A DNA stretch of 64,000 nt from Phaeosaccion multiseriatum (lineage: Eukaryota; Protista; Ochrophyta, other classes), in the NCBI GenBank assembly GCA_965112735.1, contig OZ218956.1:682001-746000 (forward strand), in the 5' to 3' direction. Of the stretch, positions 1 through 11,738 are shown piece by piece. The stretch's first letter is position 1; the number at the start of each line of letters is the position of its first letter. The translations under genes were made by a program, and so were the position numbers. Below the pieces are notes generated by a model. It had not been told where the DNA came from. It was given only the letters and a program-made list of their open reading frames with translations, and searched no databases.

Positions 1-387
1 CACCCTTTGCCGTGCCTCTCTTGCTCTAATCTGCGAGTAGGCCCCCTTCCACACGGGGCCCTTGGCGAGAGACATACACAGAAGCCATGATACATGCGCA
101 CAGTTCCCACCTGAGATGTGGCTAGCCAAGCACAAAGCCGCCGCCAACACAAATCCCTGCGATGCACTCATGATTGGCAAGGGTTCAGGTGCCTCGCGCC
201 TCTTTCCTGCTCTGCTTCTCTTGTGACTGAACGATCGACAAAATCTGTTTCGTGTTTCGGCGGCTCTGCATCAACTATATCGACTTGGGGCAAACCCCAA
301 TCACGTCCAGAAGGCAGCCGATGGCTTTCCTTGTTCCCTCTTTCCTCTTTCCCTCGTGTAGCCCGAAGATCTCTCTCACGGGCGGGC

Positions 388-3300
388 ATGGGAAACGTAG
401 CGGGTGTGGAGGAGGCTCCCTCCCACCAGCAGAATGAGGGATATGCCTCCAATGTGAAGCTGATGGACAAAAACATTAGGTGTGTTGATATCTGTATCTC
501 TCTGCTCCCTCCCATGCCTCACTTCCTCGTGATCCCTCCTTCAGGCGCAAGCTCCGGGCAGGGGTACAGTACAACATGCGCATCCTAATCCGAGGGGCGC
601 GTGGGACGGGCAAGACTGCTCTGTGGAGGAGGCTGCAGGGGGAGCGCTTCGTGAAGAAGGTCCGTCGAAGGCGGGGAGCATCCCTTTCTCTCTGTCCCTC
701 TCTCTCCTATTCATTTCATGCCGCTTCTCTGGACTCTCTCACTCCGAGCAGTACCTCCCCACCGCGGAGATTCAGACGACGACCATAAACTGGGCCTTCC
801 GACACACAGAGGAGGCTGTCAAGGTAGAGGTGTGGGACGTAGTCGACCAGGGCTTCAGTCCAGACGAGTACAGCAAGCAGGAGGAAGGCGGGTCGTGGGA
901 CGACAGAATGGCTGGGCTGCCGGCAGGTCCGTCGTCTCCTCGCCGCAGAAGAGAGAGAAGCTTGGTCCGGAGCGATGCAGAAACGAAAGCCCCCAACCCC
1001 TCTCCCTTCTCTCTCTCTCTCTCTGGATGACTGACAGGCGCTCTTCACGGCCACCAGTCCCGCAGCATCGCCCCCTTGGACGCGTCTGTCGTTGATGTGT
1101 ACAGAAATGCGCACGCGGTCATCTTCATGTGAGTGCGTTGAAGGCAGAAGGAGGGATGTGTCTCCAGCTTTGCCTCAAGCCCAGCCTCCCCTTCCCCCCT
1201 CCCCTGCTGCCGCCCTCCCTCCCCAGGATCGACCCATTTGATCAGTCCTCCTTATTGCATGCGGCGGGGGGCCTGGTGGACGTGCCTGACGACATGCCCA
1301 TTGTGCTGCTGCTGAATTTCAAGGTTAGAGGAAGGGAAGGTTAGAATTTCCATCTCGTCCGACAAATAGTGGGGGCATTCACTCACGCTTTGTTTGGTTT
1401 GACCCGTCGGGGCAGGACAAAGTCGCTGCTTGGGCTAGCTCCGGCGGAGAGGCATGCGACGGGAGCAGTCCAGAGGTAAAAGGCGAGGGGGGAAGGGCGT
1501 AGGGCCGTGATTTTGAGAGGAAGTCGAAGCAAGAGCTGTGTGTGCTGACAAGAGTTGTGTGTGAGTGTGTGGTCTGGTGTAGCATGTGCGGCGCGTCGAT
1601 GTCGAGGTCGTCCTTTTGCCAGTCTGTTGCCTCTCTGCTGCTTGCTCGATCCATACCGCCTTTTGCCAGTCGGTTGTTGCGCACCGGCTGATTGATTCCT
1701 CGGTCCGTGTCCTCCCTTTGGCGGGGGGGTGGGCAGGTGAGCCTGGCGGACGTTCAAGACCTCGTGAACAGCAAACAGGCCGAGGACCGCAACGAGGCCA
1801 GACAGCGGCACGTCACGGCCTTTGACTGCTCCATGAGGGACTGCTTCGGACTAAGGGTAAGGCGGTGGAGATGGGCACCGGCGTGGGGGGCACGCAAGGT
1901 GCCCACCATGATGCCCAAGACACCCAACAAGGTTGTCTAAGATGCGGCTTTTGTAGACGTAACTCTGCTTTGTTTTTGTTCCGTCTTGTCCTCTGTCCTC
2001 GTGTGTGACCAGATACTGTACGAGTACCTGAACATCCCCTTCCTCATGCTCAAGACGCGCAGTCTCGAGCAGCAGCTGGAGCAAACCGCCTCGCTGCTCT
2101 CCTCCAGCAGCGAGGACTGGCAGGATGCTGTGCTGGAGCAGCACGACTACGCTGCTCACGTCAGTCACTTGCCGAGTGCGAGAGGGAACGCGACAGCTGC
2201 CACAGGTGCCATGGCGGGGCGGGGGTGTCGGACGCCATTCCTCGCGTGCACTGGTGGGCCTCCATCTCAACCCCACTCCTCCTCCCCCTATTGTCTGCCT
2301 ACCGGCCTGTGTCCACAACCTCTTTGTCTCTTGCACCGACCCCGCAGGGCTGTCCCACCGGGAGGAATCGTCGCGTCACAGTCATAGTCACAGCAACGAA
2401 GGGTCTCCGCCGAGGGCCCAGGTGCGTCGCGGGAGGGACGAGACAAAGGGTGTGTGTGTGCGTGCGTGTGTGACCTTACCACCGGGTGGCAATCCTCTCC
2501 CTCGCCGTTCTGCATTGCGTTGCGGTACTGTCTTGCAGGAGCATCAAGAGGAGCTCAGAAGAGCTCTGCAAGCACAGCAGCGGGAGGAAGAAGAGGGCAC
2601 GACGGGGACAGCAACAGGGTCAAAGAGGGGGAAGGAAGGGGAGAAGAAGAGGGCCAAGAAGGATAAGAAGGAAAAGAAGCGAAAGAGCAAAGGGGGGCTG
2701 GGCGGCAGCAGCGAGCAATCGGGAGGGGAGGCTTCTCGGCGCTCTGTCAAGGGGGCCACTGTCGGTACTACTTCGGAGGAGGCGGCAGGAGACTCAAGCC
2801 GCTCAAGACACAGACCTGCGGTAAGTAAAGCTTGGAGAGTGCTTTGAGTTTTCGTGCTCTCTGTCTGCCATTCACCCACACACACACTAAAACTAGGCAA
2901 CCCCCAATGGGTGCCCTTCCCTTGGACTCAGCGCTCTGCAAAGGAGGAGTTGGACGACTTCTTCGCAGAGGAGAATAGCGAAGGGGAGGGCGGAGGAAGC
3001 GGGGGAGGGCGGAGACAGGGGGGCGAGGGGAGGCAGGGAAGAATGAGCGAGGGCCATGGCGGACGAGAGAAGAAGGGAAAGAAGGGGGGCGAGGCGAAGA
3101 GGGGAGGTCTACCTGCTGAGAGGAAGCGCGTGGATGACAACAGCAATGACGGTGGTGGCGATGATGATGAGGGCTTGCCTGTGTATCGGCCACTTAAGAG
3201 GGCCATGGCAGGCTCAACGAAGGTGGAGAACCAAGCGCAGACAAGCAAGCAAGGAGGACAAGAGGCAAGCAAGCAAGGAGGACAAGAGGCAAGCAAGCAA

Positions 3301-4539
3301 GGAGGACAAGAGGCAAGCAAGCAAGGAGGACAAGGGTCGCTCGAGAGAGCGGTCAAGCAAGCTGCCTCGCCGCAGAGAAGAGAGAAGGAGAGGGAGAAGG
3401 AGGGGGGAGAGGAGGAGGAAGAGAAAGAGGAGGAGCAGGCGAAGGAGGAGCAGGAGGAGCAGGAGGAGCAGCAGGAAGAGAAGGAGGAAGAGGTACAGGA
3501 AGAGCAGAAGGAGCAGGAGGAGGAAAAGGAGCAGGAGGAGGAGGTGGCTGAGCCCAGCGGTACCTCGCCTGAGGGCTTTCCAACAGAGTCTCAAGATGCT
3601 ATAGAGGTTGAAGCGGCAGCGGCCCCTCCCTCCCCCCCTCCCGCGGGTGCTGAAGGCAAGGAGCACGAAGAGGAGGTGGAAGGCGATCCATGGATGGACG
3701 GGGCCAACGTCTCTGGTGGAGGTGACGGGCAAGATGAGTCGTCTACAGCAGGGCTGGAAGAAGGAGAATCAGAAAGAGACGAAGACGAAGGAGAAGAACA
3801 CATCGCAACCGATGATGGAGGCAAAGCACAACATCAGCGTCATCAGAAAGTAGAAGAACATGAACAAGTAAAAGCAACAGAAGAGGGAGAAGTGGCACAA
3901 GCAGAAGAGGCAGAAGAGGCAAGAGGGGCAGGAGGGGGAGCAGGAGGGGCAGTCGAGGGCGGACAAGGCATGCAAGGGGAAGGAGAGGAGGGCCAAATAG
4001 AAGAAGGGGCAGGGGAAGACTCCAATGCGGCTTCAGCTCATGCCGAGTTGACACCAGCGGAGGGTGAAGAAGGGAGACAGCCCCAGGGGGAAGCAACGGA
4101 TGGGACTCAGGCTGAGACTCAGCATCAGTGCGATGGCGATGGGGGTGATGATGAGGAGCCGAGGCGCGGGGGTAGGGGTGACAGCGATGGCAGCGATGCT
4201 GCTGCCGTGGACGCAGCAGCAGGGCCACGTGGGGAGGGTACCCAACAAGGCTTACAAGACTCACCAGACTTACAAGACCCAGGCCCCGCTGAGGACGAGG
4301 AGTACGAGCGGGACGAGCAGGAGGAGGAGCAGGAGGACGAGGACGAGGACGAGGAGGAGGAGGACGGTGGGGGGGAGGAGGAGGACGAAGAGGAGGATGA
4401 GGAGGAGAAGAAGAAGGAGGCGGAAGAGCCGAACGAGTCGGAGCTGGCCGTGGCCAAGGAGATTTTGGGGGAGTTCAAGCCCGAGGGGGGAGGGCACATC
4501 GATGACGGATTCTTCGATGACGACTCAGACTCAGACTGA
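388..4539 (+). CDS. RABL6: Rab-like protein 6 (RBEL1/PARF) homolog, multi-exon, long acidic low-complexity C-terminus
   Basis: Spliced: MGNVAG...KNIR|RKLRAGVQYNMRILIRGARGTGKTALWRRLQGERFVKK|YLPTAEIQTTTINWAFRHTEEAVKVEVWDVVD..., later 'ILYEYLNIPFLML'. These match RABL6 G-domain motifs. GT-AG introns keep frame; last exon 2932-4539. Confidence 0.9.
3242..3333 (+). repeat. 24-bp coding tandem repeat (ASKQGGQE, ~4 copies) within RABL6
   Basis: caagcaagcaaggaggacaagagg repeated. Confidence 0.85.
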
Positions 4540-4881
4540 GCCCAAGCGAACACGCACACTTCAATTTAAGTTTTGAAGTTTTCTTCTTCTCTTCGCATGG
4601 TTCTATTATTGGGATCGACATTGTATATTTCTATCGGTTAACGTCACTACACCGAAACTCAAGAGAGGTGGTTTTCCTTCCAAGAGCCGGGCTGGGGGGA
4701 AGAGAACAGCACGACACCACGACAGACCACTTCTCTGACCATACGCCCGGGGGGGGTCAGGCGGGCGGTGTCTTGCTCCCTCGCTCGCTCTCTCTTGTGC
4801 TCACTCTTGTGACCCCACCCGGCCCCGCCCCTTGCCGCCCCGCCCCGCCCGCTGCACCGCTACACCGCCACGGCCGCTCCA

Positions 4882-5608
4882 CTACACCTCAGCAGAGGCC
4901 ATGGTTGGGTCTCTGTATCTGGCGTAAATGTTTTCAATCATGATGAGTGCGGGCTGCGGGATGGGGTCGGCGTTGAGGCTGTCGATGTACTGCTCCAAGT
5001 GCTGCACGTTACGCGGCCCTATGACGGTGGCGCTGACGAGCGGCCTCGTGAAGCACCAGCGCAGGGCCATGTCCTGCAGTGTCATGCCGTTGAGCATGGC
5101 CACCTCTGCCAGATCCTCCACAGCGTCGCTGCACTCGAACGTCTTGTACGCCACCTGCAAGCCACAGCAGTTGGTGGTACAGACCACAGACAGTTGTACC
5201 ACACGGCACAGGGAGAGAGAGAGAAAGGAAGAGACAGAATGAGAAGAAGAAAGAGAGAGCGTCAGCGCAGGTGGAAGGGCCTCCAGTGTGGAGAGGGTCT
5301 CTCTCGCCTCTCTCTCTCCGCCCCTTGCTCCTCGCCTCTGACTCGCACGTACCTGGAAGCCCGGGTACTTGGACAGCCTCGTCTCGTAGCCCAAGTGCTC
5401 CATGAACTGAATGTTCTTACGCGCGTACTTGCCCGTCAGCACGCCGCCCGCCACCGGGCTGTTGGCCAAGAGGGGCAGGCCGGTGCCCAGCTTGGGGGAC
5501 AGCGTCTCCGTGAGGCCCATGTCGAGGCGGGCGCGGTGAAGGAGGTTGTACGTATTGTGTGTCCACAAGATACGCGGGAGGTCGTCCCACTCCGCATGCT
5601 CCAGGAAC

Positions 5609-5671
<63 letters not shown>

Positions 5672-7327
5672 GTGTGTGTGCGTGTGTGGGTGTGAGTATG
5701 TGGGTGGGTGGCGAGAGTGCGGGTATTAGTTATGGATTCCACTTGGCTTGGCTTCCTCTCTCTCTACAAAGGCCTCGCTTTCTTTCTCTCTTGTTTTAAT
5801 CTTACACCTTACCTTCAAGATACCAAACGATGTCTCGTCGCAAACAGCGATGTATCGAATCTTGCCTGCCTCTATCAGCTCCTGAGATGGATGGAAGGTC
5901 ATGAGTAGACACAGAACAGAAAACGTTACACGTGCAGCCTTGCCCTGCCCCTGCTCCCTGCCCCCTTGCTCCTTACCCCCTGCACCCCCATGAGCTGCCA
6001 TCCCTCGCCCTGACCTTACCTGCAGTGCCATGAGCTGCACCTCGAAGTCCACATAGTCCTCCACCTCGTCGCTAAAGTCGTACTGGTCCTCCCCCATGGC
6101 CGGAATGTAACGGTCAGGCCAGTGGAGCTGCAGCACGTCGATGTAATCCTGGCAAGAGAGGGGGGAGGGGCAAGAGCAAGAGAAGGAGGGACGAAGGAGA
6201 AGGGGGCAGACAGGAAAGGAGGGGTTCGTTTGGGGGACAAGAGTCAGGCGGACAACCCGAGACAGGCAGAGGACTGACTCAAGAGAACTGGGTCTAGGCT
6301 GGGCTGCGCTTGCTTACCGTGTCTAAGTCTATCAGCGACTGCTCCACAGACTCGAAGATTTGGTCTCGAGTCAGTGCCGTACCCGCAGAGGGGTCGCTCC
6401 GCAGACCTCCGTACACGGTGCTTCGGCCGCAGACCTAGAGAGTGCACAACAAGGGGAGAGGCACGTGAGTGAGGTGAAGAGAGAGCGGCCGACCTCTTCC
6501 TCTCTCCCTCCCTTCTGCCCTCGACCGCACCTTTGTGCTGATGATGATGTCGCTTCTTTGCTTGGACTTCATCCAGCGCCCAATGATGCGGTGGCTCTCT
6601 CCAGCGTCGTAGTCCATGGGGCTGTAGGGTAAGGGGTAAACCTCTGCCGTATCGATCATGTTGATTCCCCTGCGGATGGAGACACGAGAGACGAGAGCGG
6701 GGCACAGCGGGCAGAGGGGGGAGAGCAGTGAGGGCCTAAGTCCTTTTGCCTCCTTGCGCGCTCGTCAGGAGCCAACCTTTGTCCCTTGAGCCCCTCGTGA
6801 TGGGGGGCTCTCCTTCCACGCACCTCTCGTACGCTTCATCCATGAGCTCTATCGCTTGTTTCTCAGACGTCCTCGACCCAAACATCATCCCTCCGAGAAT
6901 CGCCTGCTCAGCGCAACGCACAAGCAAGGCGAAAGTATAAGAGACAGATGTTGTGTCCAAGCCTGGGTCCTGGACTGTCTGTCGTTGGCATACCCCCCAA
7001 ACCTCACAGCCCAGCAGCAGCCCCGCTCCCTACCTTGGGTATGCGTAGATCTGAATACGGCACGTCGAAATACTTCATCTCCTTGTTCCTTCCCGAAGCC
7101 CCTGCCGCGACGTCCATCCTGAGCGTCGTCGCGGCCTCCTCAGCTCTCCGTCGGTCTCTCCATCCCGCCACCTTGTGCGACAGCGGCCGATTGGCGCTCC
7201 TGCAACCGAGCGAAAGAGCCCCCCTGCTGCTGCCCATTGACAAGGACGGTGCTACAAAAGCATCCACGCGAGGATGCAAGGAGCAGCAGCACGCTAATAC
7301 GGCTGCTGCGAGAGGGGCTCGACCCAT
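4882..7327 (-). CDS. Aldo/keto reductase, Tas-like, predicted plastid-targeted, multi-exon
   Basis: Signal peptide + 'DAFVAPS'. Catalytic tetrad motifs IDTAEVYP, IISTK, DYIDVLQLHWPDRY; also AGKIRYI and SPVAGGVLTGKY. Introns are GT-AG. Confidence 0.9.
5611..5690 (+). repeat. (GT)n microsatellite in AKR intron
   Basis: Direct reading. Confidence 0.9.
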
Positions 7328-7531
7328 CACTCTTGCAGGCCCCCTGATGCAGCGATTCCTATGGAAAAGGGAGAGGCAGCAAAGGGACAAAGGACGCTGC
7401 GGGCTTGCTGAACAGAGAGAGAGATTTGGTTGACATTTGCGTGTGGTCCATAATCGTTACAGTAAGTCAAGGAGAGGGAGACCGGCCCGCCCGCCCCCCC
7501 TCCTTTTCCCCCCCAAAAGGAAAAAGGACCT

Positions 7532-8049
7532 ATGAGCGGGGCCTCGCAGCCGGCGCCGAAGAACACCATGTCGGTACGTGCCAGGTGCTGCTGCTCTACT
7601 GCCTGCGCTGCATAACGTCCCTCCCCCATGCGCATGTGCCCTCCAGGACAGCGATTTCAACTCGGTGTCTCGCTACGGGAAGCTGTTGGACGTCATTGAC
7701 CAGGTAGAGAACGCGATCAAACGTGAGCCGTACTCCCCACGCAGGCCCTGTGATTCAGGGGGGCTGCTGGAGGCACTCTACGGGATTGACGCTGAGTGGG
7801 ACAGCCGTTGAGTGGCACTGACTCTACCCTCACCCTCACTCGCTTGGTCTCTTCGCCTGGACAAAGGACTGGATGGAGGATCAGCTGAGCGACGACGAGA
7901 TCGAGCTTCCCCCGGGCATGCAGCAGCCGGGACGGGATGGGGAGCTAGACGCATCTCAAGACCTGCAGCAGGAGGAGCAGGAGAAGGAGGCTTTCCGGTG
8001 GACGGACTACGCCCTCGACGACCTCAGCGGGGGGAGGGGTGCCAAGTAG
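7532..8049 (+). CDS. APC13: Anaphase-promoting complex subunit 13 (3 exons: 7532-7573, 7647-7703, 7867-8049)
   Basis: Spliced product MSGASQPAPKNTMS|DSDFNSVSRYGKLLDVIDQ|DWMEDQLSDDEIELP...EKEAFRWTDYALDDL. It matches the APC13 pattern G-x-LLD-x-ID-x-x-W-x-ED-x-L and the C-terminal W-T-D-x-A-L. Confidence 0.85.
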
Positions 8050-8801
8050 GAGCTTTTGAGCTTGGGGCGTTTGTGGAGGCCGCAGTGAGTAAACGTGGGG
8101 TGGGGGCCTGAGTCAGTTGCGGGAGGCGGAACCTGGCGTCAAGACGCTCCAATAGTTTCGAGGGAAAGGTGACCCTCCCCACTCCCAAGGCCTTGCTGAA
8201 AACGAAGGGCGAGGTAGCAACAGAGAAATGCAGGGAAAGGCCTTCCACCTCTATGCACAGAGAGGGAAGGACGCCGCCACAGCCGCCCCGTCTCTTGATT
8301 GGGGACGACGTGAGAGCCTCTATGATGGATAGGGGAAACAGCAGAGAGCTTGGGGGTAGCCGCGCCGCAGCGGTCGATTGAGGGAGGCAGTTCTCCTCTC
8401 TGCTCGCTGCCTCAGCGGCAAGAGAAACGTGAGGAAAGCATCGACTCTCACCACTACTCGCACACAGGCTTCGTCCTCCCTCGTTGATTGGTTAACACGC
8501 TGGAAGCAAAGTTGACCAGCAAGGGGATGAAGTGGGCGATCCCTTTTGGTACGTACATACTTGATTCATCTTAGTAACGTTTATGTACATCTGCACAAAG
8601 CAATTTCTCGCGTTGGAGAGAGGACCTCAGGCCCTCACGATGCTTGTCCCCTCCTTGCTAGTGGCCTTGACCTATGCACTCAGTCTCCAGTGCTATCCCT
8701 CCATCGGCCAAGATGGAAATCTGCTGCCCCTGGTGAGCCACAAGCTTCCACTAGCCCCAATTCAACAGGATATCGCTCGCCATGTGGCACCCAAAGTCTT
8801 T

Positions 8802-9347
8802 TCATGCTTCACTGATCTCTGCGTCGGCCTCCTCCCTGAGCGCTTCCCTTACCATCATAAGTGCGACCCCCAGCTTGTTCTCCCCTCTCCACTGGGCCCT
8901 GTCTCTTGCCTTGGTGTTGGTAGGCGCTAGTCCGATACCCCACACACGATCAACAGGCGAGGCCTCCACTATCGTCTTACTTCCCGTGGCGAGAAGAGTC
9001 TCCTTGAGCACGGGGTCCTGAGAGAACTTTGCCATGTTCCCTGCTGCCACAATCTCTACACACTTCTCCTCCCAAACGTGTTGGTTGAAGTTCTTGACCT
9101 CTCTCCCAAGCCGCTTCTGGACTTTAGGGTCTTGAGTCGCCATGATTCTTTCCAGGCATTGGTCATCATTGAAGAGACGAGCCTTGGAGGCCATCATCCA
9201 CTGCTCTGTGTTGTTGTACTCAACGCCATCAATGGTGAAAGGAGCCGGTGTCCACTGAGAGTAGATCGCGGGGGTCTTCCAGAAGAGCACCATGTCTTCT
9301 GAGTGGTAGACGCCAGAAGGGTCAAGCACCAAATCCTCCCGCACCAT
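8802..9347 (-). CDS. NADAR (YbiA/DUF1768) family protein, intronless
   Basis: FW...YSQW...F-IDG--Y---EQWMMASKA-LF-D, 'QKRLGREVKNF', 'GNMAKFSQ', 'IVEASPVDRVWGIGL', 'WRGENKLG'. Confidence 0.93.
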   Translation of the reverse strand: MVREDLVLDPSGVYHSEDMVLFWKTPAIYSQWTPAPFTIDGVEYNNTEQWMMASKARLFNDDQCLERIMATQDPKVQKRLGREVKNFNQHVWEEKCVEIVAAGNMAKFSQDPVLKETLLATGSKTIVEASPVDRVWGIGLAPTNTKARDRAQWRGENKLGVALMMVREALREEADAEISEA

Positions 9348-9717
9348 ATTTTCCTTATCCTTCACTCTTCGCTCTTGCCCTTCACTCTTTGATCTTTCTC
9401 TTGCCCTTCTCTCTCTCTCCCTCTCGCGGAGGAGGATGTGACATGGGGGCAGCCGCCAATAGTCTTTTTGTCTTTTATTTTTCGTCTGTTCCGGGAATGT
9501 TCGGATAATGCCAAGGGGTTCTTACCTTGACAACCTTTGAGCACAAAGCCATTTGTGATTTCGATTTCTTCAATAGAGGCTTCAATTCCAATTCTCTTCC
9601 CTTTGTGAGTGACCTGTGAAGCAGAGCAGTGGCGGCATCATGGGCAAGCGGAAGCTCAGCTGCAGCAGCAGCAGTAGAAGCGGCAGTAGTAGCGGCAGCA
9701 GCAGGAGCAAACTTGCC

Positions 9718-11635
9718 ATGATCTCTCTTGTGGTCCTCTCCGTGGTCGCCAAGTTTGCGCATGCCTTTCGGCCTGCAGTCCGAGTGCTTCCTTCCCGAAG
9801 CATGAATGGAAGAGCAGGACTGAGAGTGAAGGCGCAAGAGCAGCAGCAGCAGGAGCAGCAGCAGCAGCAGCAGCAGAAGGAGGAGCGGAGAGGCGACAGT
9901 GGAGGTAAGAAGCGGACCTCCCCCCTCCCTCCTCTCCTTGCTTAGATCTGACGTTATGCTGCTTGCGCATTGCAGTCTCCGAGCATTCCTGGGATCATGT
10001 AATGAAAGCGGTTCGGGAGAGCAGCTGGCCGAACAAAGGGCCTGATGGAGGGGAGCAGGAGCAGCAACCAGTGCATCCAAACTGGCAATCCAAATTCATA
10101 ACTGTGGGCGGCGTGAAGATTCACTACAAGGATACTGGAAAGGCACAGGGCAAGCCCACGCTGGTGATGATCCACGGGCTTGGGGGTTCCACGGCAAGCT
10201 TCGACGAGATTGTGGTGAGTCTATGTATGTACCTTTGGTGAGAGAAAAACGACCTCTCAAATCCTGCCTGCTTGCTTCTCTGCCCCCCACAGCCTGCGCT
10301 CGATGGCCAGGCGCGAGTCATCGCCTTCGACAGGCCGGCGTTCGGCTGGACGGAGAGGGTTCTTCCGCCCGCTTTGTTCGACGACGCGTCGCTGCCGTGG
10401 ACGGCGTGCACCCGCACAGGGGGCGCTAACCCCTACCTCTCTGACTGGGTGTCCCGTGCTCTTTGGACCATGCTGGACCGCCTCGGGATCAAGGAGGCTA
10501 TCTTCGTAGCGCACTCACTGGGTGAGTGACGTTGGTTCTTGTTGCTCGAAGCTCCTTCTCCCTCTGACACCTTTCTGTGGCTTGACCCCTTTTCCTGCAG
10601 GCTCACACGTCGCTTTGCGCGCGGTGGCGCTCAAGCCGGACCGAGTAATGGCTGTGGTGTTGCTCGCCCCGGCTTTGATGGTCAATCCCCTGGAAAGACT
10701 CAACCCCTTGGAACGAGGCGCGGAGGCCGCTGAAGGCACTTTCTACAGCGAGGACGGCGCTCAGGGGCAAGAGCGGCGCGGGGGCGCGGCGGGGGCTCGG
10801 CGAGAGACCGAGCGGCCCTCTCTCACAGCAGCTGCAGCCGGCAGGCTCGGTGACGTGTACAGAATTGCTTTGTTCAATGTAAGCTCTCGAGAGGTTTGGC
10901 CAAGCCGCCCCTTCGCTGTTCTCGCCTTTTTACCTTTAACCTCCCTTCTACTTGTCCTTCTCCGGAGCAGATGTCCGTGCGCGACTTCCGCCTGACCAAG
11001 GCCACTCAGGTGGTGCGGTCCATGACGATGGGGGAGGATCTGATCCGAAAGGTGCAGCGCAACTTTCACGACCCATCCGTGCTGCAGGACAAGCCGCACC
11101 TCGTCAACAAGTACCTCGCCCCTCTGCGCGAGAGGCACTGGGACAGGGGCCTAATGTACTTCTACCGGGCCATCCAAACGGAGGCGCAGGCCGGTGCGTT
11201 GCGAGCGTAGTGCATACATACTCGAGTGGATGGGGAGAGGAAGGGCGGGGCGGGGGATGCCCTGCCCCCCCCCCCTGACTTGTGTCACGCTGACTGAGTC
11301 GCGCCCCTCAGTCTCCGGGCCCCTGACTCTGTCCCCATCTCATCTCGCCTCTCGCCTCAGGCATGTCGCTGCTGCAGGACACCTTGGACCTCTGGCAGGG
11401 GCCCGCCTTGGTCATAACGGGCAGGCAGGATCAGACCATCCCCCTCAGCAACAGCGCCTCCGTGGCCGGCAAATTCGAGCAGGGGCGGCTGCACGTGGTG
11501 GAGGAGTGCGGACACATCCCCATGGACGAGAGGGCCGCGGAGACGAGTTGTGCGCTGGTGAGCTTCATCAACAGCTTCCCGGTCAAGAGCGCGGTCACCA
11601 AGGCGAGCAAGCCCAATGGGCAGCAAAGCCAATAG
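9718..11635 (+). CDS. Alpha/beta hydrolase with signal/plastid-type presequence, multi-exon
   Basis: MISLVVLSVVAKFAHAFRP presequence; HGLGG oxyanion motif; AFDRPAFG; AHSLG nucleophile elbow (split by an intron); GRQDQTIP; ECGHIPMDE. Confidence 0.9.
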
Positions 11636-11738
11636 CAGCAAAGCCCGTCATCATCAAGGGCCTTATAAATAGAATGAGCACAGCACACCAATGACCCAAT
11701 GTCAATCTCCAACCGTAGCGCCCCACCTGGCTGCTCCG

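Noticed and set aside
8050-8800. Short ORFs between APC13 and NADAR
   Set aside because: No recognisable motifs or consistent exon structure; probably UTR/intergenic.
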